A stretch of 63,481 nt of DNA, filler included, from Choristocarpus tenellus KU-1152 (lineage: Eukaryota > Protista > Phaeophyceae): the NCBI GenBank assembly GCA_964200185.2. It is 7 parts of 7 records of this genome, joined end to end, with 100 filler letters (N's around TTAATTAATTAA, not from the genome) between each part and the next. Parts side by side here need not be neighbours in the genome. Positions count along the whole stretch, not along the records: positions 52,595 to 55,667 come from CAXNAD020022510.1; positions 55,768 to 59,548 come from CAXNAD020017961.1; positions 59,649 to 63,481 come from CAXNAD020017667.1; 4 more parts are not named here. One strand, 5' to 3'. The position numbers were made by a program, and so were the translations under genes. This document shows positions 53,597 through 63,481 of the stretch, in pieces (positions within the stretch are counted from its first letter, which is position 1; each line of letters opens with the position of its first letter). The notes under the pieces were generated by a model. The model did no database searches. It saw only the letters and a program-made list of their open reading frames with translations, and had not been told where the DNA came from.

Positions 53597-55167
53597 TCAA
53601 TTTGTATCGGGAGCTGTACCATCAGATCTCTGGCTGTCACTGTTTTGGTGTCCAATGGCAACCTCTTGTAGTGTTGTGGAAGACATCGACTGCTCATGGT
53701 CAGACCCTAACCACGCCATAAACGTTGATGTCCCCGGTCTGTTACTGGCACCAATCTTTTGCAGGGCTGGCTGGTCCTCCCTTGCGCAGATAACTGCACA
53801 CACACACACGATAGCTAGAATTGATAGCGAGAAGATACTGAAGTACCACAGTTTCATCGCCCAAGAACTCTGATTATTATCCCTTTGGGCAGGTGTTGGT
53901 GTGGACTCAGCCTCAGACCCCATGACAGGCAACTGCTCCTTGATATGTCTGTTGTTTGGGGGTCCAACTCGACTCTGTACGGTTATATATGCCTCTCCAG
54001 CGCGAGTTTTTTCTCTCAAAGTCTGATATTGAAAGTATGCAAGGGAGAGAGATGCTGGGTACTTAGTGAATTGTAAGGACAGGAGTAAAAGTAAGGACGG
54101 ATTGCTATTTCAAGAGACCTCCAAAAGTGGATGTCAAACAAGAAGCAGGTATGTCCTCCTGCAAATACATGATCTATCTACGCCATAGCTTCCTCCACTT
54201 ACACTCACCAGCCTTGGACGATGGGCAAGCTTCACCCGATGATGATGCAAGGACCCGCTGAGGTCGTTGAGTGGCAGCGCTACTGTGACTGAGGACAGAG
54301 GGAATGGACCAGCGCAAGCGGTGTCGAATACTTTGATACGTACGTATTGTGGCATCTTGTCCTGGGGTGGAACCTGCAGAAATGACATATCAGGGTTGTG
54401 TCATTTGTGATATAGTATAACCCTAGACACTGCAGTACTGTGCATGATCTAAGTAGGGGATGTCAGAGTGAAATGAACCCAAGTGGAGGGTCAGTCTTGA
54501 TGCACGGTTGTAAGATGGAATAGGGAGAGAACGATAAGTGCCTGTATTTTGTCACATAGTACTATATCAGATTACTCCACTCAAATCCTCAAACAACAAA
54601 CACTTTGTCGACAGTATATTCATAATCTCACCTGGAAGAACAATCGTTCATGAGGGCCCCATCGAATTCCGTCGCGACTAACTCGAGTGTCTGAGATCAT
54701 TTCGTGCGGCGGAACGCGGCGATACCCTTCGATCAGCCCGCCCTCGATCAGCCCACCACAGAGGCTCGGACTTCGCAGCAAATAAGCCTGCACAGATATA
54801 TTTGACTCTCCGCCAGGTTCAAACTGTTTACACAGCAGCGTGGGCGGTGGGGGGAGAAGTTTGGTTTGGTTCATTTATGCCACGTAATTTTTTGTCCCTA
54901 GGATGGAATGGTGAAACCAGGTCCCTACTTGCGCACCGAAATATCAAGGTCCTTAACAGACACCGACATGGCACCAGCCTCCAGCTGTTCCCGCTCTTCT
55001 AAAGGAAGCTCCTGCTCCTCCACCCTACATTCGCCAGAGGATTGGTTGGTATCGCCTTCCCTCCACCTCCGTTTGCCTATAGGGAGAAGAGCAAAGGCCT
55101 CCACCAGTACCCATGGCCAAAGCGCATGGAGCTCGATAAGAAGATAAATGATCATCAATATTGCCAT
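53597..55167 (-). CDS. Hypothetical protein: signal peptide, C2-like domain, TM helix; may extend by further exons to ~52990
   Basis: Exons 55167-54937, 54823-54632, 54373-54209, 54022-53597 (or donor near 53620 to an exon starting at ~53484) in frame; MAILMIIYLLIELHALWPWVLVEAF; W..ERLFFQV...VRIKVFD...VALPLNDL; TM LWYFSIFSLSILAIVCVCAVICA. Confidence 0.6.
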
Positions 55168-56230
55168 GGGTAGTCAAAGATGTTGGCTCGTACGTCTCCT
55201 TACAGTTCACCACCTTGTCATAATACCAAAATATTTAGAGGTCTAGATGGATTCTGTCGATGAACTGGTGAAACGAGTTTTTGTTTTGTTTTGTTTTGAC
55301 CGTTTCTTACAATAAAGCCGTTTGTATAATAGTGTTAGTATGTATAGTAGAGGTATTGTGTGACTGGATAGGGATTAGTTGAATCCTGACCAATGAGGAG
55401 GAAGTGATATGGGTGTAAGGACGTAGAAAAGGATATTATTTCTTTAGGGCTAACAACGACATATATATTTTATTTTATTATTATGCCTCTGACATTTTGC
55501 AGATGTGTGAGGGGGGAAAGCAATTAAAACTATATGTATGTATATAAAATATCCTAAACACGAGAACACTATCAAACATTGCGTGGAAACCACTAATCAG
55601 TTACTTCACCACTATCAAATATTGTACTACTGTCGTCCTTATCTTCCCATCTACCTACTCCTGTGCCNNNNNNNNNNNNNNNNNNNNNNNNNNNNNNNNN
55701 NNNNNNNNNNNTTAATTAATTAANNNNNNNNNNNNNNNNNNNNNNNNNNNNNNNNNNNNNNNNNNNNTGTTCTGTTGTTTGTTTTTTCTTTCCCTCTTTC
55801 TCCTTATCAGGAGAAGATGACAGTTGTACATTGATGGCTCATTATTTTTTCTTTCGTGACTGCCGTTGGTATCTCAAATTACATCAACGCCACTCTGCAA
55901 ACTGTGCCTCTAACACACACATGGATGTAATACAATCAGAGTTAAAACCATCCGCGGAAACCCTTGCCAGCCAAGTTAACAAGCCTCTCCACGGAGCATG
56001 GACTTCTTTCGTTGAGTATCACAGGAAAGAATACTGAATTCACATCGCATCATTCTTGATTGAGAGATCAGTGACCTCAGTTACAACAGAATAAATACAT
56101 TGGTGCTTTGCAGCACAATCACAGCTATACATAACATAGACTACGAATATCNNNNNNNNNNCGCAACACCATTATTCCTCATCGCTAGTAGTCTACGCAT
56201 TTTGCTTACATGTATGGTGCATTCGATTCA

Positions 56231-56251
56231 GGTTTCAACAGGTTATGAGCC
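56231..56251 (+). mobile_element. Putative Copia LTR 3' end plus primer-binding site
   Basis: ...ttcaaca|ggttatgagcc matches the Copia-type GGTTATG(A/G)GCCC PBS immediately after a CA LTR end; AATAAA upstream near 56090. Confidence 0.45.
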
Positions 56252-58202
56252 TCACACGATTCCCCTTCGCTACGATGCATTCGATTCAGATTTCAACATA
56301 TACCATCCTCTCCCATGCACCAACCTGCAAACGAAATATGACTTCTCTCAATTTACCAGTTGTCGTCCATGTTCAACGTTGGTAACTTGCCCATATGCCC
56401 TTAAACACACACAATACCATATAATGTGTTCAACTCGGGATGTAAACTGAATCTCCCCACCACGAATCCAATATGATTGCCCAGGTGTGAGAGGACCACC
56501 CTCGAGCCCCTCGGCGAGCAGTCCACGGGTGGTTCAGAAGGTGGTTATAAAACATCTTGTGTGGATGGAACATGCAGTATTTGCGACTGGACTAAGCACC
56601 TCATATGGAACTGCCCTTGTAAGATCAACACCCACAGTACCACGGTAACATGGAACGATTTTGTCCACGCATACATCCCGATTGTGGAGGGGGACCTAGC
56701 AGGAAAGACCTCCAAGGAGATCAAGGTGGGTGTGAGATGTGGCTATGTAAACGGAAACCCAATAACACCATACATGTCAATTATTAAAATGATTGATCTC
56801 TCTATTGTTGCAATATCGGAGAGGTTAATCTCACCCCACACATTAAAAAAAAAAAACACTTTCAATTTCAATAACACATCCCCCGCTTACACCGCACACA
56901 ACCCTTGTCTTCAACTTGCCATGCCTAAGGCACTGTCCTCTCGACTTGGGCTCGTAGCCCCGAACGGCACAAAGAAGGATGAAATGATCGAGAGGATAAA
57001 GGCGAAATACACGGTATTCAGGGCCAAGAATCTAATGACTGGCGACTTCATCCTCGTCGCTTGCATGGCGGGTGAGTCAAACCCCATCTCGAGGAGGACA
57101 ACCAAAGAGAACGACGATGAAGACGACACAGGGTGTTCAGACAAGGCCAACACGAAGCGAAAGGTCAGTATGTGGTCATCAGGACCAAAGGGATGACGTG
57201 GACACCGCATGTGTGACAATATATTTGCCTTTTCCTGTACTAATCCCCGTCCCACACACTCCAGCAACAACACACACGATTTTCCGCAATAGAAAACAAG
57301 TTACTTGGTAGGAATGGCTCCCCCTCCTCCAATATATAAAACATGACCCCACAGAACTACTGCCCCCCCATCTATACGACCAGGTCCTATTCTCACTGAC
57401 AGAGGGGTTCCCCACACTCCTCGAGGTCCTCTTCACCAACTTCCACAGTCATTTTTTCCTTTATCACAATGCAACCATCTGGCAGGCGCGGCAGTATAAG
57501 CATTGCAAATCCTGCCTCCCGAAAGGTCACGCTGCCATGTCCATTGACTTCAGTTCCCAGCTTCCACACAGCCACCAGGACCTGACACAACCAGAATTTT
57601 TCAATCTATTGTTAACAGCGCTCTTGGTGGTTGAGGGACACGAGGGAAGGGGGAAATTTGGGGGAGGGAAGGATATGGGCTCACAGCACTATAATTTGTA
57701 GTGAAGACTGGAGTCAGGACAATGAGTTTGTCCAGAAAGCTGTGGAGATCTTCATCGGCAGCCACTTAATGACTTCAGCCCGGGAATTTGGTCAGGCCCT
57801 GGAAGTCCTCCAAATCTGGTCTGATGGTTGCGGAAGTCAGTTAAAGAACCGGTGGAAGATGTGGTGGGTTTCCCAGGCGATTGTAAGGATGGGGATTTCA
57901 GTAGTGCACAACTTATTCTCCTCGTGCCACGACAAATCCATGGCAGATGGAGTTTGAGCTGTGGTGAAGTCAGCTGCCAGGAGGCTGGAGCTGAGCGGGG
58001 TACGAATGCCAGGAACCTCGTCCTTGGTGGAGACAATGAAGGCCACCAAGACACAGTACATTGTGAGGGATCCAACGCCAGAGGAAGAGGGGCGCCTCTA
58101 TAGGGACCGCAAGGTTCCTCGAGGATAGACTGTTGTCACCACGGTCGGTACCCTCCCCCCCCATCCACACACTTGACATATCCTCCCTTTTATTCCACAT
58201 AA

Positions 58203-58459
58203 GAGCCAAAGTATCTTAGAGGGTAGATCCGCGTCCATTTGGGTGCCAAAATCCAATGTTGCGATTTTGATGTAATTTTGACAATGTGTTTGTTAGTAAG
58301 TGTCAATATCCTTGTTCCGGGCACATCTTGTCAGAACATACACATTTTACCTACTCCGAAATCTTTTGGAGTAGGTAAGTGTCATGAAAACCTTGAGGGA
58401 AGCCAAGCCCCAAATGGACAAACAGGGCAAAACCCGTACCCTCTGAGATACTTTCACTC
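58203..58459. mobile_element. MITE family A (inverted) inside the Sola2-like locus
   Basis: gagccaaagtatcttagagggta ... taccctctgagatactttcactc; 4-bp TSD ataa. Confidence 0.9.
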
Positions 58460-59897
58460 ATAAGTTATAATCTCGAACTAGTATCGATATTTCTTGTTAC
58501 GTCCCCCTACTCCCCCTAAGTACAAAATCTCTCGAATCCCCAGCAACTAACTGTTACAACCCACCTTAACAATAAGGGCACAAACACAAACGACAACAAC
58601 TTTGAATGATATTCACTTCTCTACAAACCACCACACACGAGGAGTATAAACACATTCGTTCCAGCACCCAACCCTGCGTGTGTTTCTTCCTCTAAGGTCC
58701 GAAGCACAAAAAAGGAGATTATGTCGTTGGCGAGTTTATATCACTGTCTGGACATCAATATCACCATTACAAAAAAGCAATCCGACTACACCATATTCAA
58801 CATCGTTATTGCAACATTGATATCCTCGTACTTAACATAGTGAGGAGTATGTACATCTAAATTTCCGCCACACGACAACACCGTACTCCTTAGGACTGGG
58901 TGGACAGCGACGGCAGAGTACACACCAAGACATTCGCAAAATTACTACAGAATGATACCATCAGGGGACAGGAGATTGTTCACCTCCCGGCTTACAAGAT
59001 CGATCGGAAGGGACGACATGACCACCGCGTCCCCCAGTTCAGCAGCATCAAGTCCATACACAGGTTCTTCACTATTCCAAGTGGTAACGGTAACTCATCC
59101 AACGTCATGTACACCGAGGTGCCGTGCTACTGCACCAGCTGTTCAATTGGCAATCTCGCGGGCTGCAAGTGGCAAGAAACTCACGTGCCTGCACTCAAGG
59201 AGATCTACCTCGGATTTTCCCCCGAGAACGCCGTGTGTGACATTTACCTTAGGAGCCATCTCTCTAGGAAGAAGAGGCAGCTCGCAGTGGGGAATGTATG
59301 AATTGTGCGGATGGAGCCATCGGAATACGGTGGGTTGGAGTTCCTGCCGTTCACCATACACGAGAAGGAGACCGTGATAAGACTGCAGCCCAGCGTGCCA
59401 ACAAACGCAGGGCGCGGATGACTCTACAGGCGAAGCGTAGAGAGGAGGAGAAGGATACCGGGACATACATCCTCCTTGTTAAAGAAACTGGTGTTCCCAA
59501 GACTTGTATGTGTAAATAACTCGATTATTTCCTCATTATGTAGAACAGNNNNNNNNNNNNNNNNNNNNNNNNNNNNNNNNNNNNNNNNNNNNTTAATTAA
59601 TTAANNNNNNNNNNNNNNNNNNNNNNNNNNNNNNNNNNNNNNNNNNNNGCATGCAGTGTGAGGGAGGGTGTATATTTCGTCGGATTCGTTTATGTTGAGT
59701 ACAAGACCGGTACCCTCAAAACATTTATCGGGGTAATCTATTGTACTCTTTATTGTAACATGCGACAATCACTACGCAGGAGAATGGAAAATGTTTTGAT
59801 ATTCTTTTTGTAAAGGGGATAAAGGCTGCCTCCTTACAGAAGTTGCACCAAATTTTTTGGGCTGCCACCGAATACCAAAATTAACTATCAACTCCCC

Positions 59898-62800
59898 TCA
59901 CGAAAAAATCGACTTACCCAGTGGGTACGCAGCAGGGAGGCGCTCGTGCGACGCCTGGTACCGATGCTCCACCTTGAGGATGATGTCTTCGGGAACGCTC
60001 TTGAGCTGGTAGGGTGGTGCATCTTGGATACGAGGTGGGTGGCCAATGAAGAGGTCGTGCAGAGGGGCGTTGGGATCGATAGCAAGGTCTACGTCTATCG
60101 CACTCCATTCGGTGCTGTGCATTTATGGCTTAACGCTAACCTTAACCCGCCCATCACCGCCTTTTTCAATGCGAAATGCCCTGTAGCACATGATGTTCGG
60201 GACACGGTTGACGTGACCGCCAAGGAGTCCCTTCAAGTTGCCCTCGTTTCGTAGGATCTTCCAGTGGAAAGGAACCTCCGTGTAGGAGGCCTGCAGCTCT
60301 TCACCCAGCTGTGTTCTCGTGAATATGCTCTTCCCTTTGATACCACGCGAGAACCTGAAGGTGAAATGCAAGCGAGTTAGTTTTGAGGCGGGGGCGAAAG
60401 AAACGAAGTGGAGAAGCAAGATATATATGCAGACACATGCTCTGATGCATGTATATGGAAGTATAGATGTAAGAAGGGGTAATGCGTACATTTTTTTATT
60501 GTTTTGTTTGTACAGTAGGTTAGGAAACAGTTTTGGCAGCTGCTCTTATCGTTCTATTTTCTTGTGGGGAAATCAAAAGCCAATCAATCAATTACAGTGT
60601 ATGACCATATGTCATACATGGATGCAACAAGCGTGAGCCGCAAGCCTCAAGGTAGTATCTGTCGGTATGAAAACACTATATGGCTATCGCACTTGCATAT
60701 CTTGCCTAATTACCTGGAGAACATCTGATCGATTTTGATGTGCGTGTGCCCCACCATCATAAAATGTATCTCGACCACACGAATGACACTCGCCGCGACC
60801 AACAGCCCCGCATATCCGAGAAATAAATTGTTCTTGTTCTCTGAGACGCAGTTGTCGACCTGGCAAGTTTGGGGAGTCGGGAGGGAGGGAGGGATAGGCG
60901 TGAGGTCGATATGTCAGACCATTTCGCCGCGTTTCGTGGAGGAACAGTGTATGTTTCCAGTACTGCTAGAGCACAAGGTCTACATCACTGCCATGATACA
61001 TGCAACAAGCAACACACTAACCAAAACTAAAGACCGTGCAGTTAGATTTTTGGGGACCGGTATTCAGCGAGTATGTGTTGAGTAGGTCGTGTCAAGATGA
61101 AACTTTCTTACTTGCCAATGTGTGTGCTGGATGATGTGACTCCCCATGTGATCGAGGCTGTTGTGGTACTTGTCGATAAGCCTTGTGAGGGCAAGGTGGG
61201 TGGCTGTGCAGACAAGGTTACAACCTGTGCGAATGATGATGTCCGTCGTTAGTTGGCAAATAGTACTCTGCTTACTTACGCATCGTATATTTGGAGCTAA
61301 AAAGAGGGGTAATGGAATGTGTTTTTGTGATATAGAGCACATACACCCGACTGGCTGATATACATGTGTGTGGGTTTCCCTCCTTCGTTGATTAGCTCTT
61401 ACGTTCCTCTCGCCCTAACCCTAAGCTGATGCGTAGGATGGCAGGGGAGCACAGGGCATAATCAGTTAATCGACTGTTCACTAGGGCTGCGGTATATGTA
61501 GGCACATGGTGCAAGGATGTACTCGTCCTCAGGTATCTAACCTACGGCAGGTCCACTCACCACGACGGAAAACCAAGTGGTGCGTGTGCAACAATAATCT
61601 ATTCAGTGTGATTGTTTGCCACGACCAACATTATGTACCTCCTCCAAGATTCATAGGAGTGAAGAACACCTCTGCGAACTGGCCTTTGACGTGTGCGGCC
61701 ATGACTTTCTGTCGCTCGGAGTTGCCCCTGATAAGAAGGACATGAATCGAAGAATCGTCTAAGGAAAGGTTCTATGGTGCGTCGTCATCATGACGATTGG
61801 AATAGGTAGTGGAATTATGTGAGTATGTTTTGGCGGTTATTTTTTGTGACTTTGCACTCATTCGTAGAATAAAACAGGGTCGTCTATTCTGTTCTGCCTG
61901 CGGCTGCGGGTTTGTTGTCAGATGGACTATGCGTGCGTGTGGTTACCTGTCACCGCTGTGGGTAGGTGGGTAAAGTGCTGGGAGGGCGTGTGCTGTCTGG
62001 TTTGCGGCGTCTACGGACATGAACACGAACCCAAGAGGTTTACCGTCGGCTTTGGCCCGCATGGCGCTGCTGGTGCTGTTGGCGATGACCAGCCGATCCG
62101 CTTTGATAATCTGGGGAATGGGGGAGGGCAACATTATGTCTGTAAATCAAATAAATCTGCTCAGAGTTGTAAAAAAATGGCCACTTGTTAACACGTATGA
62201 GGTTAGTAAGAAAATGGTGTGTAGGTAACAATAAGTGTTTGTCTTTGGATATGTTTTTTAATGCTGCATTCAATACAAACACAGCATTATGGGGATTGTC
62301 GGAAGCACGTACGTACGGGGCCTGAGAAGCCGCGACAGTGCCTGTCCCTCCTACATCCTGTTGTACACGACCAGGAAGCAGTCTATCATATAACGTGTGT
62401 GGGCAGTTAATAAGAACGTTATTGCGGTGAATGGGGGTTAGGCTGCTGCCATTAGCACCTGCGTGGGAGTCTTCATTCGCAAACGGAAACATATGTTCTT
62501 CCCAATGGAGGGCAATGACGGCGACATGTTGCCACTGTACGCTTGTTGCAAAATTAACGCTGGACACATACCTCTCGATGTTCTGACAGCTCCTTATCGA
62601 TGGCCTCGAGGACGGTGGAGTCATTCGTGGGTTTTACACCAGGCGCACCGTGACGCTTCTCTTTTAAGGTGACACATAGGTCACGTTTCATAAACTCGCC
62701 TCCTACCCTCACCCTGATGTTGGGTCTCTCCTCTCTGAGCAACCAGAGGAAGTGCGCCTTGCTTACGCGCTTGGAAGGTCGTCAGGATACACTCGTATTG

Positions 62801-63331
62801 CCTCTCTTTGCAAAAATCCTTGTATAGCTCCTAATTAAAAATGTTGGTTGTGTGGGAAAGTGATGAGTTATTGAGAAGGAACACTCGAAGAACACCCCTG
62901 GAAGATCCAATAACTTGCCATTACCAATGTCAGACCGGGACCAGGACCACATAGTATGTGTACACGGCGTCGAAATAACAGTTACTGTGACTTCCTCCGT
63001 AAAAGTGACGAAGGGTATCATCATCATCATTGTATCCTAGACATAGCAAACGAAAAAAATAGCCCTTGGTACGAATCTTCACATGTTCGTTCAACCTTAA
63101 TATCAGACCGGTCCAAGTAATGAACATCCTCCAACCCAGGATGCGGCCAACCTCTCCACCACCAAGGGCAAAACCTACCTGTTTGTTCGCGGCGTAGATC
63201 ACAATTGTGGGCTTGTGAGGCATGAACTGCCCGTATGTACCAGCCCAGTAGTCTATCCAGGACATGACCAGGTATCGCTTCGGACCCATTTCCTTATCTT
63301 CCCTCGTGCCGTTCCTATTGTAGTACCGCAC
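59898..63331 (-). pseudogene. Decayed multi-exon Sola1-like (DUF7869-type) DDD transposase
   Basis: Spliced segments: WIDYWAGTYGQFMP; VSKAHFLWLLREERPNIRVR..FMKRDLC; FMSVDAANQTAHALP (D1); KVMAAHVKG..NLGG; CNLVCTATH..HWQ|VDNCVSENKNNLFLGY (D2) ...FMMVGHTHIKIDQMFS (D3); YRAFRIEK. In-frame TAA at 60123-60125 and frameshift near 62780. Confidence 0.8.
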
Positions 63332-63481
63332 GTATGTATATAAATGGATGGGAGATGTGTTAGAGGTGGATATGGGGGATAGGAGATGGAATTCTAGAAG
63401 GATCGTAAGCCAGCAGCAGAACTCTAATTCTTTACATATTTACGCGTGGTGACAGCTGCAGCAGCGCAGGGACGGCCGGAT

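Larger units (their letters stand above)
55811..59480 (+). pseudogene. Decayed, apparently intron-containing Sola2-like DDD transposase
   Basis: CVDGTCSIC..CP..VTW (56485-56725); WQARQYKHCK..MSIDFSSQ (D1, ~57545); IWSDGCGSQLKN (D2); HNLFSSCHDKSMADGV*AVVK (D3); C-terminal SIKSIHRF..VPCYCTSC..C (59040-59170). Frameshift near 57630 and stop at 57955. Confidence 0.75.

Noticed and set aside
22013-59648. Recurring TTAATTAATTAA palindrome within N runs, and any gene-cluster reading across contigs
   Set aside because: Fixed 100-nt artificial linkers; genes on different contigs are not shown to be neighbours
60123-60125. In-frame TAA as stop-codon reassignment or readthrough
   Set aside because: Host genes (DNAAF3, MMAA) end in TAA and the same element has other lesions, so decay is the simpler explanation

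Overview
Eukaryotic, intron-rich genomic DNA made of seven separate contigs joined by artificial 100-nt linkers (44 N + TTAATTAATTAA + 44 N), so adjacency across linkers is not biological. Long introns, a flagellar dynein assembly factor and the TE families suggest a stramenopile, plausibly a brown alga or relative; this is inference only. Spliced genes reconstructed by hand: DNAAF3 (13 exons, ~539 aa, +), a large mTERF-repeat protein (16 exons, ~783 aa, -), a PX-like domain protein (+), the 3' part of MMAA/MeaB (-), a single-pass membrane protein with a 7-blade RCC1/BLIP-II propeller, S/T/P stalk, TM helix and tail (+), and an orphan signal-peptide/C2-like/TM protein (-). Mobile DNA: three MITE families sharing GRSYCAAAGTA termini with 3- or 4-bp target duplications, decayed intron-containing Sola2-like and Sola1-like (DUF7869-type) DDD transposases, a plant-type mariner with a Stowaway-type TIR interrupted by a Copia remnant and a MITE, and RTE-like LINE fragments. 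Most notable: the Sola/MITE set, the RCC1-propeller receptor with one intron per blade and apparent intron sliding, and frequent AAG acceptors and GC donors. No RNA genes or CRISPR arrays were seen. All family assignments are from motif recognition, not database searches.
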